Source of the DNA: a virus
Direction: 5' to 3' (one strand)
DNA length: 64,000 nucleotides
IMG/VR virus record: IMGVR_UViG_3300027815_000003
Location: 96,001-160,000 of that record
In this document: piece by piece, positions 20,601 to 28,853 of the stretch
Layout of the letters: every line of letters starts with the position of its first letter
Position numbering within the stretch: the first letter of the stretch is position 1
The notes under the pieces: model-generated
The model's input: only the letters and a program-made list of their open reading frames with translations
Databases searched by the model: none
What the model was told of the DNA's origin: nothing
Translations under genes and position numbers: made by a program

Positions 20601-22283
20601 ATAATTAGCAGGATCGTCAACATCACTAGCAGAAATTCTTAATCCTGCATAAGTTGATGTAGCTTGTCCAGCATTTAATGTTACATCTGCATCTACAACT
20701 ACAGAATAATACTTTGAATAAAAAGGTTCATCACGTTTTAATGCATAAGCTGCTTGTGTTGGTGTGGCATCTGGATCTACAGAAACTCTTGCTTGACCAG
20801 CAGTGGTTGTATTAATATTTGCACTACCACCTTCAGTACCAGCAGCAGAACCATCAGAATTTGCGATATATCCTACATCCCAACGTTCATTATTTCCGTC
20901 TGCATCAGCAAAATCAAAATCATCATAATCTGCTAGTACCCAACGTTGTAATTCTTTAGAAAGCTCTGGTTCAAATGTTACATTGGCAATTAATCTTGAT
21001 GTTTCTAATATTGTTTGTTCAACAAGAATTACAGCAGCACTAGCAGCAGTTGTATAATTATTTGCCAGGTTGCCTGTAAATGTTATTTGTGTTGGTGAAT
21101 CAATACTTAAAACAGTAAGCCATTCTGTGTCTGGTGTAGAATCATATAATCTTACTTGTTGCCCAACTTGGAATAAAGCAGCGTTAGTAACAGCAATAAC
21201 AGCCTGCCCAGCAGAAGCATTTGCAGTTAATGTAGTTGCAGTATCAGTATCATTATATATACTTCCACCACTAAAAGTAACAATAATTTGATCCCCTGGT
21301 TGCCAATTATCTTCTAACGGCGTATAGGAGATATAAATAAATCCAGCACTTTCAGATGCAGCAGAAGAAGCTACTATATTGGTAGTAGTCCCATTTCTTA
21401 CTCGATCAATTGTATAATTACCAGGAACAATTTCTCCAGTGGTAGGTATACCTTGTTCAGCAGTCCCTTTTAGTTCAAGTCCGAAAGTATAAGTATTATT
21501 TAAATAAGCGGTATGTGGTTGAGATTTAGAAAATTGTTCAGTTGTCCCAATTAATTGTTGTACCTGAAAAGAAAGTTTTCTTAATTTACTATGTAAACTT
21601 CCATCCGCCCCATCATCCGTCGCAGGTTCGTTCCCAAACCCGATCCCGTCCAATAAGCTATATTCGTAAAAAAATCTTATATCGTCAAATCTAAATGTTA
21701 TAGTATCTGTTAGGTTCCTAAAAGAAAACTGATCAATTAATTCTGGATTCCATGCTGTAGCACCTTCTGCAACTGGCCCAGATCTACTCTCTGTGTTTAG
21801 GAAACCACCACCAGTTAGTGCAGATGTAGAGCCAGAATATAAATCAATTATAAAATCTGTAGTTTTATTTTGAGCAACAGTAAATTGCCATTCTTTATAA
21901 AGAGTAGCATCACTAGCATCAGCAAGACGGACACGAATAGTTTGATTACCTGTAGAAGCTATACCTTTGAAAACAACATAGCGAATTCGTCCAGTATTAC
22001 TACCGACTGGAAAACCAAAGAAATTATTTGAGATAGAACGTGTAAGAGTCCCAGTTCCACCAGCAACAATGACTTCTACTGATTTACGTCCTTTAACCGC
22101 ATTTGCGGCAGTTGTTAACGTTCTTGTACCGTTAGTTACAGACCAAACAGCTTGTATTGCTGCATCATCAGCGTAACTCTCAAAATCATCAAATATTCTA
22201 GCTATTGTTCCTCTAGCTACAGCATCTAAACCTGCTATAGAAGAAACTGGCGCAAAAACTTCTTTCCACTCTAACTGGGGCAT
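17649..22283 (-). CDS. Giant modular virion protein (head or tail fibre), 1544 aa
   Basis: N-terminal CBM-like DDFESY domain, lectin-like beta domain, three GTFTTSS.TVPADTG repeats, duplicated IPAMNLAPG...GQRDD blocks, C-terminal shared domain. Confidence 0.65.
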   Translation of the reverse strand: MPQLEWKEVFAPVSSIAGLDAVARGTIARIFDDFESYADDAAIQAVWSVTNGTRTLTTAANAVKGRKSVEVIVAGGTGTLTRSISNNFFGFPVGSNTGRIRYVVFKGIASTGNQTIRVRLADASDATLYKEWQFTVAQNKTTDFIIDLYSGSTSALTGGGFLNTESRSGPVAEGATAWNPELIDQFSFRNLTDTITFRFDDIRFFYEYSLLDGIGFGNEPATDDGADGSLHSKLRKLSFQVQQLIGTTEQFSKSQPHTAYLNNTYTFGLELKGTAEQGIPTTGEIVPGNYTIDRVRNGTTTNIVASSAASESAGFIYISYTPLEDNWQPGDQIIVTFSGGSIYNDTDTATTLTANASAGQAVIAVTNAALFQVGQQVRLYDSTPDTEWLTVLSIDSPTQITFTGNLANNYTTAASAAVILVEQTILETSRLIANVTFEPELSKELQRWVLADYDDFDFADADGNNERWDVGYIANSDGSAAGTEGGSANINTTTAGQARVSVDPDATPTQAAYALKRDEPFYSKYYSVVVDADVTLNAGQATSTYAGLRISASDVDDPANYILVAREVSNAVDRIVARAEFMGVPQSTITAAVTDNAVAFKIERYNNVWNIFYSLTQYPNQQWVKLTQYEDATGDMSSTTSAYLYAESGGTADAQTAVVDFDNWKYYIGSGAIDQLLSTSILGSGTFTTSSTTVPADTGRLEGDNYWNGVIIMPTTGVAIFQPRVVVDFANAGGIFTIDPQNTFTSAPAVGDEYVLLYFQYPLVPTADATSNSTSAHVVGNKSDAALVTAGSASVIARLRAIEAALSVNAAGGGEFELDGDPDLWDALVNNSSADASITTTTGNRDASVIQRLAAIINAHGITDAGTATGFEEDGTGGTLWQSLIAVKGTFTTSSATVPADTGRTEANDYFNGDLIIPLSGAILGQARTIVDFANIGGVFTLDSELPFTAVPGLVDYIIIHFKYPLVPAADSTANTTTPHVIGNKTDAIPAMNLAPGNDSIVAHAKAILERIGATPADPDDSVLTNLGQRDDTATADTLADVTTTSIQAKLRRLLLRFSSDAFSATIQGVARTDVENMMQGLSNYLSSAGAAWSVTANPGGTAKDNLEQTLEDFADMLAGTTGITTFPTRVVAGNGVSIAEVLRHASESIGEDTADNSFASTNIVANIDGSVLERLEAISSGIIVGTGTFTTSSTTVPADTGQAAKASDYFKGCILIPLTGAVAFQPRLMTSFTTGTGVFTLDAEEPFTAAPGLVTYIIVTAEAALVPAANGANNTTTAHVIGNKSDSIPAMNLAPGTDSVIAHLKAILERVGATPADPDDSLLTTVGQRDDAVTVAATASVISLLRDLIAGLGIVASGAGGGFEIDGTPSLVTALGTTGSVVTDSATSVLGAIGADNANNAFASTNIVENGDGSVLERLEEIRGKTDTTGSPFTLTAAMTTVEQTVVNYTPTKLGRIAALFDLQTLIDDGYVGTIVIRLKFMIDGSNLRTIDRYDFLVGTDDVMPTVSGFVIEGASFVRLTIQANVAVDDTPAKTIPFRIIES

Positions 22284-22284
22284 A

Positions 22285-22698
22285 TTATTTACCTCTTATT
22301 ATTTCTTGGAATCTTTCCATAGCCGTTTTTGGATATTTTTGTGTATCCTCGTGTATTTCTGGTTCCTCAAAGTATTTTTTTCTTTCTGGTTTGGGAGGAA
22401 ACTCAAAATCTCTATTTGGTAATAGAGTTGTATTTGGGGTTATTTCTCTTGGATCTACAATAAACGGAGATGGTGTAGATTGTTTTTTAACCTGATAATT
22501 AATAGGTTGGAATAGTTTTCTATTTTTGCTATGTGTATGAAATTTAGGAGCATCATGTTTTACTAAATTTAGAGCTTCATCATTTCTTTTAGATTGTCTA
22601 TATCTATTCCATGCCATTTCCCAGACCTTCTCATTATCATTTTCAAAGTCTGGGTTTTGGATAAAAACTAAATAAATATTTTTTACTATTGCGTTCAT
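22285..22698 (-). CDS. Hypothetical protein (moron-like)
   Basis: 137 aa with its own promoter immediately upstream. Confidence 0.55.
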   Translation of the reverse strand: MNAIVKNIYLVFIQNPDFENDNEKVWEMAWNRYRQSKRNDEALNLVKHDAPKFHTHSKNRKLFQPINYQVKKQSTPSPFIVDPREITPNTTLLPNRDFEFPPKPERKKYFEEPEIHEDTQKYPKTAMERFQEIIRGK

Positions 22699-22708
22699 TT
22701 CTATTTAT

Positions 22709-22737
22709 ATTATACCATAAAAATTATGATTTATCAA
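22709..22737 (-). promoter_or_regulatory. sigma70-type promoter with extended -10
   Basis: TTGATA-17 bp-TATAAT (atggTATAAT). Confidence 0.65.
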
Positions 22738-23176
22738 AACTTTCTAATATCTTTTTAACTTCCTCTTTTTTCTTTTCTCTTTTTTTACCAACAGGGAGAC
22801 TATTAATATCTATATCCCCAAAATCTTCATGGAAGATATTAACAATTTCTTTCATTATTTTTATTTTAAGCGGAATTCCAATATTTTCATTATTTATTTT
22901 TGCATTACTTTGTGCTATTTCTCTCAATAAAATAATATCTTTTATATCTAATTCTACTTCTATTTCTTCTAAATGATTTTCATCACATTCTAAATAACCT
23001 TTACTTATTTTATATATTAATTCTAAAGAAGTAATAACAGAAGAATCTCCACTTCTAAATTTAAGAGATTCTTCTGTAACTAAATTAAAATATTCTTCTT
23101 CGTCTTCCGCCAGATCAAATAAACTTAATGTAATTTTATCATCTATGTAAAGTAACTCATTTTTTGTTAATATCAT
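22724..23176 (-). CDS. Hypothetical protein, paralog of 9932..10387
   Basis: Shared sequence motifs with 9932..10387. Confidence 0.65.
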   Translation of the reverse strand: MILTKNELLYIDDKITLSLFDLAEDEEEYFNLVTEESLKFRSGDSSVITSLELIYKISKGYLECDENHLEEIEVELDIKDIILLREIAQSNAKINNENIGIPLKIKIMKEIVNIFHEDFGDIDINSLPVGKKREKKKEEVKKILESFDKS

Positions 23177-24108
23177 TATGCTAATTGTCCATAATGTACT
23201 CCGCGAACTACACCATAGACTCTAGGTGTTTCACCAGAATTTACATTAATAAAACTTATATTATTTTTTATATGGATATTGTCTTCCCAAAAATCAGTTC
23301 CAGCACGAATATATCTTCCTATGGTGGAGCTTGCAGTCTGGTCTTCTATTAGATAAATATCACCAGTAGTATGAAGTGTATATCCTCTTACTTGTACTAA
23401 TCCTTTACGTCTATAACTTTCAGATGCATGTGCCGTTCCATACCAAGCGCAATTAATGGCGGTAGAGCCATCAAAATATGCAGTTGGGACACTTTGTTCA
23501 AGTATTTCAACCTGAAAAGCATCTGCATAAAAATTAGTATTATGTTGTGCAGATGTTACTACGTATATCCTATATGTAGCTGGATCTCTACTAGCTAAAT
23601 CTATAGAAGCCTGAGATCGTTGCCAAGAGGCAGCTAATGTAATAGTATTCCCATTACTAATTGTTGTCCCAGAAGAATCAGCAATAACTATTCTTGCACC
23701 ATTTCCACTTCCAGCATTATCATTTAAATAAACTGACGCGACTAATTGTTTTCTTCTACTGACATTTCTCCCCATCGTAGGTGTAGTCCAATAAAACCCT
23801 TCGCCAGCAGCAGCATTATCTGGATTTACTAAAATAGAATTTGTCCCGTTTCTTGCTACTACAGTAGATTGTGATATAGCAGAGCCAACTAAAGTATATC
23901 CAGTTGGTGGATTGCTAGTTTCAAAAGATGGATTTGTCGCTATATTAATAGATGGTCTAGCGGTATCTATTGTAAATAAATTTTGTGCTGTCCCAGCAGT
24001 TGTCAAAGTTGCATCAACTGGAGAGGCTTTTGTATAAATATGTAATGCATCTCTTGGAGTAGGATCTATTTCCCAAGATTCATAAACTTCTATATTATCG
24101 TTAACCAT
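23176..24108 (-). CDS. Virion protein with CBM4/9-like carbohydrate-binding domain
   Basis: NIATNPSFE...W...FYADAFQVE...PTAYFDG pattern. Confidence 0.6.
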   Translation of the reverse strand: MVNDNIEVYESWEIDPTPRDALHIYTKASPVDATLTTAGTAQNLFTIDTARPSINIATNPSFETSNPPTGYTLVGSAISQSTVVARNGTNSILVNPDNAAAGEGFYWTTPTMGRNVSRRKQLVASVYLNDNAGSGNGARIVIADSSGTTISNGNTITLAASWQRSQASIDLASRDPATYRIYVVTSAQHNTNFYADAFQVEILEQSVPTAYFDGSTAINCAWYGTAHASESYRRKGLVQVRGYTLHTTGDIYLIEDQTASSTIGRYIRAGTDFWEDNIHIKNNISFINVNSGETPRVYGVVRGVHYGQLA

Positions 24109-24111
24109 CGT

Positions 24112-24468
24112 TTATATCCCTTTACCACTTCTTACCATAGCTACTGCTAATCCTATAATTGCCGCTAAAGTGGCGAAAACGACAGAAATAATAATTGTTA
24201 ATTTACCATCATTAGAAGAAACTTCCTTTTCTATTTCATTTATCTTTATGTCTGTTTTATCTAATTTGTCATGTAAAATTTTTGCATCTTCTTTTACATG
24301 GTGGAGATCATTTGTTTCTATTTTTTCTAATTTCTTTTCTATTCTGTTTATACTTTCTGTTTGTAATGTTGTTATTTTTTCTAATTCATTGAACTTAGAA
24401 TTGATTAGATCGTTTGTCTCTATTTTTTCTAATTTCTTTTCGAGGCGGTCAATTGTTTCTTTAACCAT
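24112..24468 (-). CDS. Coiled-coil protein with C-terminal transmembrane helix (XhlA/holin-like)
   Basis: Start moved to MVKETID; internal repeat (I)xRxEKKLEKIETNDL twice; hydrophobic C-terminus. Confidence 0.5.
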   Translation of the reverse strand: MVKETIDRLEKKLEKIETNDLINSKFNELEKITTLQTESINRIEKKLEKIETNDLHHVKEDAKILHDKLDKTDIKINEIEKEVSSNDGKLTIIISVVFATLAAIIGLAVAMVRSGKGI

Positions 24469-24493
24469 ATTAGGCCGTTCTCCTTTTTTATAA

Positions 24494-25594
24494 TTACCAG
24501 CCCAACACAAATATTCTTACTGAAATAGCTGATAAGTTTGTTCCTGCGGGCACTTCATTTAGGGAATTCCCCATATTAGACGCACCCATTAATATCCAGG
24601 GGATACTTACAGTGGCAAGATTTGTTGTTTGGGCAGCAGTCACAGTATTAGTAGATGGACTCCATATAGCTAGTGTGCCATTTGTTGCAGTTCTAGAAGG
24701 CCCACCAAAAGGAATGTCTCTGTTGGTTGCATCAGCTTCTTCCCCGACCAAATGTGTCCCAAGTCCAGGGACAACTAGAGCATTATAGTTACCAGTACCA
24801 GTAAAATTATATGGTTCAAAATCACTTGAAATATCTGTGTCATCTAGAAACATACTTGGATCTGTAAGATAAGAATATGGGATATACGTTACGAGTAATG
24901 CATTTCCATCATCATCTGCATGTGTATCAATAGATGTATTTCCACTATCATTTATATCTATAGATGCTTGATGTGTTGCGGCAGGAGCTTCCCCAGAGGG
25001 AACAATAACATCTATTACTCCATCTGTAGAGTCATAAACATACTGTACCATAGCTGCTCTTGCAGCTAGATTTACTTTAGAGGCTGAAGCTACAACACTT
25101 TCATTTACGGTTGGAGTATCAAATAATGTCCCGCGTTTTCTGGGGAAATATGTTACTAAAGCTGTTGTTACGGCATCGGCAGCAGCAAATGTTACCGCAC
25201 CAGTTGTAAAATTAACAGCAACTTGACCCGCGATAGGTGTTACTGTAGATGGGACAACATGAAGGCCCACAGTAGTATTTCTTGTTACCGCAACTACATA
25301 TGCGGGGATATTTGCTAATGCCCCGACGTTAGTTGTAACAGTTACAGACTCTTCAACAATTAATGCAGGTGTACTTCTTTCTGCTTTTAATAAATGATTA
25401 GTGTAATCATATGAAAATTCATAACCATTGGTTGTGCTTCTAGCCTTTAATTCAATTATTGAATCCCAACCTAAATCAGCAGCAGTTAATGATTCTCCGC
25501 CAGTGGGATAAGAAGAATCAAAAGTAACATCCATTACTCTGTATCTCAAATCCCCAGCTACTCCAGTTTTTATGTCACTTAGCGTTAAAGCCAT
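24494..25594 (-). CDS. Capsid decoration/head-fibre protein
   Basis: N-terminal GDLRY...FDSSYPTGGESLTAADLG, paralogous to the two 104-aa genes, with a large insertion. Confidence 0.6.
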   Translation of the reverse strand: MALTLSDIKTGVAGDLRYRVMDVTFDSSYPTGGESLTAADLGWDSIIELKARSTTNGYEFSYDYTNHLLKAERSTPALIVEESVTVTTNVGALANIPAYVVAVTRNTTVGLHVVPSTVTPIAGQVAVNFTTGAVTFAAADAVTTALVTYFPRKRGTLFDTPTVNESVVASASKVNLAARAAMVQYVYDSTDGVIDVIVPSGEAPAATHQASIDINDSGNTSIDTHADDDGNALLVTYIPYSYLTDPSMFLDDTDISSDFEPYNFTGTGNYNALVVPGLGTHLVGEEADATNRDIPFGGPSRTATNGTLAIWSPSTNTVTAAQTTNLATVSIPWILMGASNMGNSLNEVPAGTNLSAISVRIFVLGW

Positions 25595-25617
25595 TTTTAT
25601 TTCTCCTTATTATTTAT

Positions 25618-25932
25618 TTAATACCCAATTGCAAAAAATTCAACAGAAGTTGCGACAGTGGATATATTTTGTCCAGTTGCGACAAATGATAAAACAACAT
25701 TATTTCCAGAACCAGTTCTGTAAGCTAATATTGTTTGTGCCGCTCTATCCCAATGGAAAACAATCCCACCCTGCTCTTCAATACTTATAAATGAAATATG
25801 ATCCCACCCAAAATCAGAAGCAGCTACTGGTTCCCCAGCAGTTAACCAACTAGAGTCTGCAAGAAAATGTCCAAAAACATATCTCACATCATCTAATACC
25901 CCTTCTCTTTCTTTTGTAATAGTTATAGGCAA
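25618..25932 (-). CDS. Capsid decoration (cement) protein, copy 2
   Basis: 104 aa tandem paralog, TTG start. Confidence 0.6.
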   Translation of the reverse strand: MPITITKEREGVLDDVRYVFGHFLADSSWLTAGEPVAASDFGWDHISFISIEEQGGIVFHWDRAAQTILAYRTGSGNNVVLSFVATGQNISTVATSVEFFAIGY

Positions 25933-25947
25933 AGTATTTCTCCTTTA

Positions 25948-26262
25948 TTAATGACCTATGGCAAAGAACTCAACACTTGTCGCAACAGAAGAAATATCCT
26001 GTGCATCAACTATAACTGATAAAACAGCATTATCTGCAGAGCCAGTTCTGTACCCTAAAACAGTAGAAGCCGTTCTACTCCAGTGGAAAATAATTCCACC
26101 TTGTTCTTCTATATTTATAAATAAAATTCTATCAAGTCCTAAATCAGCAGCAGTTAATGATTCCCCAACGGTTAACCAGCTATTATCTGCTAAAAATCTA
26201 CCTTGAATATATTGTAAATCACCAATAATTCCCCTTTTTTCTATGGTTAAAGTTAATGCCAA
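25948..26262 (-). CDS. Capsid decoration (cement) protein, copy 1
   Basis: 104 aa directly after the major capsid gene, TTG start. Confidence 0.6.
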   Translation of the reverse strand: MALTLTIEKRGIIGDLQYIQGRFLADNSWLTVGESLTAADLGLDRILFINIEEQGGIIFHWSRTASTVLGYRTGSADNAVLSVIVDAQDISSVATSVEFFAIGH

Positions 26263-26287
26263 AGTATTCTCCTTTATTTTATTTCTT

Positions 26288-26327
26288 CAAAAGCCGCTAG
26301 TAGCTTTTTGGGTAACTACTAGCGGCT
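26288..26327 (-). terminator. Intrinsic terminator after the major capsid gene
   Basis: 12-bp perfect stem AGCCGCTAGTAG/CTACTAGCGGCT followed by a short U run on the minus strand. Confidence 0.65.
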
Positions 26328-26355
26328 ACATTTCCTAACCTATATATTTTGTTTT

Positions 26356-27723
26356 TTATGACAAATCTATAATTTTTGCTTGTCTGTTGGGGGAATAGCA
26401 GCGTAATTCTCCCATAGTATAAAATAAACCACGTACCACTAAAGCATTAGCTGCAAAGTAGTCTCTATTTTCGTAGAATTGTGTGGGTTGTGCTATTGCA
26501 ACTTCTAGATAATCAGTATCAAGAACATAAACATTAGAACCTAATACTGTATCATCACTAGCAACGCTATGTGCAACATCTGTATCGGGAAGAACTGGGA
26601 TACCCTGATAAGTGGCAACCACTAATCCAGTAGCAGTACCTTCAAATGTTTTCTCACTACCGACACCAACTTGTATGAATTTTTCTCCGAAATATCTCTG
26701 TTGTGTGTTAAGTAATCTTTCTAATCTGTAGTATTGATCATGTCCCAAAAGGATTAGTTTTGGTTCCCCACCATTGATACGTATATTTTGTATAGCTGTA
26801 TCAATTAAGTTTAAGGATAAATCACGTCCGACACCAGCATTAGCTTGTACGGAAGCAGCAGCATTCCAATCACCAGCAGCAGCCCGTCCACCAAAAGTAT
26901 AATCATAAGCGCGGATACCACCATTACCAGCAAAGTTTGCATTTGCACTTCCACCACCATATCTTACTCCATCAAATGTTACGATATCATCTATGGAAGT
27001 AAAACCAGCACGACTATAAATAGCTGCAATATCTGTATTGGCGAAAGTTGTTGAACTTGCTACAGTTACTATACCTGTAGATGTATCTACACCAGAAACC
27101 GCTGATCCTGTGGTTCTTATCCAATCTGTTGCAGAATCATCCCATTGTGACACAGTATCACCAATTTTAAAATGATGTGCTATGGAAGCTGGAACTGTAA
27201 AGGTGGTAGCTGCACCATTAGAACATAAATAAGCACCACCAGCAAGTAATTCTTCATTTACTTCTTTAATATGGTCTAATTGTGAGTTCTCCATTTCCAT
27301 TGCAAGAACATCACCAGCACCACCTTCTAATCCAGCAGTGAACATAGATTTCACGCTTACGCCAAAGCTAGTTCCGACTATTCTTGGCAAACTAGAAACT
27401 GTTTGTATATTACTTACATCAATAGTAGGTAATGCTCCAGTTTCAGCTATTGGGCGAGAACGGTTAGAACCTCTATCGGTTCTTACACGCCAACCAACTG
27501 TATTTCCCCAGGTTGAACGTTGTAGAGCATTAAAGAAACGGACTTGGTTATTTAATGCTTGCCAAATTTTTCTTCCAAAAGTGGAAGTGAAAATATTTGT
27601 GCTAGTGTCAACCGTAAAATAGCTCTGTTTCATTAAATATTCAGGGCCTAATACGCTATTAGCATTAGCTCCTCTACGGGCTTGTTGAATAAATTCAACT
27701 AAACTTGGATTTGTTGCAGACAT
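26356..27723 (-). CDS. Major capsid protein (HK97-like, with insertion domain)
   Basis: 455 aa after scaffold; C-terminal G(I)PVLPDTDV...VYVLDTDYL...TMGELRC pattern. Confidence 0.8.
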   Translation of the reverse strand: MSATNPSLVEFIQQARRGANANSVLGPEYLMKQSYFTVDTSTNIFTSTFGRKIWQALNNQVRFFNALQRSTWGNTVGWRVRTDRGSNRSRPIAETGALPTIDVSNIQTVSSLPRIVGTSFGVSVKSMFTAGLEGGAGDVLAMEMENSQLDHIKEVNEELLAGGAYLCSNGAATTFTVPASIAHHFKIGDTVSQWDDSATDWIRTTGSAVSGVDTSTGIVTVASSTTFANTDIAAIYSRAGFTSIDDIVTFDGVRYGGGSANANFAGNGGIRAYDYTFGGRAAAGDWNAAASVQANAGVGRDLSLNLIDTAIQNIRINGGEPKLILLGHDQYYRLERLLNTQQRYFGEKFIQVGVGSEKTFEGTATGLVVATYQGIPVLPDTDVAHSVASDDTVLGSNVYVLDTDYLEVAIAQPTQFYENRDYFAANALVVRGLFYTMGELRCYSPNRQAKIIDLS

Positions 27724-27752
27724 TTGTTATTTCTCCTTTTTATATATAACTA
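27724..27752 (-). repeat. Upstream element shared by capsid and scaffold genes (copy 1)
   Basis: TAGTTATATATAAAAAGGAGAAATAACAA directly before ATG. Confidence 0.7.
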
Positions 27753-27765
27753 ATTTTTTAAGAAA

Positions 27766-28635
27766 TTAGCGTTTATTAAGCCCTTTAGATTCGGCCCAAA
27801 GCGTAGTTAAATCACGTAATGAAGCATTTTTAATCATTTCATCAGTAATTCCATCGGTAGGGGTATTTTCGCTTTTTACAATTGGTGTTACTTCTGTTTT
27901 ACCGTCAGTAGGGATACCTAAAGAAAGTGATGTTAATTTTGGCCCAGCTAATCCTTTTTCTTCTCTAATACCAGATTTCTTTAGTAATTCTTCAAATCTA
28001 CCTATTTTTTTATCTGTAGATTTTTGTACATTGACTAATTTTTCGTCTAATAGTCTAGAAATCATAGCTTCAAGAGAAGCCATATCTAATGGTTGAGCCT
28101 GCCCTTCTGTTTCTTCTACAGGATATTCTTCTACTTTCTCCATTACTGGAGTCATAGGAGGAACAACTGGCTCTTCGTGAGGAACACCTTCATGCATCGC
28201 TTGAATTGGTTTTTGTACTTCAGAAGTCGCAGTCCGCAATTTTGCGGGAACTTCTATATCTTCTTGAACGGTACGTTTACTTGCGGGCCATTTATCATTT
28301 TGAGGAATTGATACATCACCACCATCAACCTTGTGAGAAGTCTTCCCATCCACATCCATTCCTTGAAATGCTTTAGTTACTGCTTCGGTTACATTTTTAG
28401 TAATAGATTCTGTCATGCTTTTAGTAACAGCATCCCAGCGAGAGGCTTCGTCCATGCGAGATTTTTCTAATTTTTCCTCTTCCTCTTTCTTTTTACGAGC
28501 CTCTTCTTCGGCTGTATAACGACTTTCTTGTTTTTGCATTACGCCATAAACATTTTGTAATGCCTCTAATGTTGCTTCAGATTTAGCATCATTTTTTTTG
28601 ATATATTCCATTAATGTTTGTTCATCAAGTGCCAT
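27766..28635 (-). CDS. Capsid scaffolding protein
   Basis: Acidic coiled-coil protein directly upstream of the capsid gene. Confidence 0.65.
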   Translation of the reverse strand: MALDEQTLMEYIKKNDAKSEATLEALQNVYGVMQKQESRYTAEEEARKKKEEEEKLEKSRMDEASRWDAVTKSMTESITKNVTEAVTKAFQGMDVDGKTSHKVDGGDVSIPQNDKWPASKRTVQEDIEVPAKLRTATSEVQKPIQAMHEGVPHEEPVVPPMTPVMEKVEEYPVEETEGQAQPLDMASLEAMISRLLDEKLVNVQKSTDKKIGRFEELLKKSGIREEKGLAGPKLTSLSLGIPTDGKTEVTPIVKSENTPTDGITDEMIKNASLRDLTTLWAESKGLNKR

Positions 28636-28636
28636 T

Positions 28637-28666
28637 TTGTTATTTCTCCTTTTTTATATATAACTA
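28637..28666 (-). repeat. Upstream element shared by capsid and scaffold genes (copy 2)
   Basis: TAGTTATATATAAAAAAGGAGAAATAACAA; one extra A in the A run relative to copy 1. Confidence 0.7.
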
Positions 28667-28731
28667 TAAACGGTTAAAAGTTTTTGATTTTTTCTTAGTT
28701 TTTCTTTATTCTATTTTTCTCCTTTTGAGAC

Positions 28732-28764
28732 AAAAATAAAAGACTAAGGCAAACGCCCTAATCT
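28732..28764 (-). terminator. Hairpin plus U tract in the leader of the structural operon
   Basis: AGAUUAGGGC-GUUU-GCCUUAGUCU (10 bp, two G-U pairs) followed by UUUAUUUUU. Confidence 0.5.
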
Positions 28765-28789
28765 TTTCTTTACTTTTTACTATAACTGT

Positions 28790-28818
28790 ATTATATCACA
28801 TTTTTTATAAACGTGCAA
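28790..28818 (-). promoter_or_regulatory. sigma70-type promoter facing the structural operon
   Basis: TTGCAC-17 bp-TATAAT with extended TG. Confidence 0.7.
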
Positions 28819-28853
28819 TTTTTAGACACTATAATTCGTATCTGGAAAACGAA

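Noticed and set aside
12451-22283. Diversity-generating retroelement acting on fibre genes
   Set aside because: No reverse transcriptase, and no adenine-specific template/variable repeat pair. The repeats differ at all bases.
27741-27750. Archaeal TATA box implying an archaeal host
   Set aside because: Many well-spaced -35/-10 sigma70 promoters across the window point to a bacterial host.
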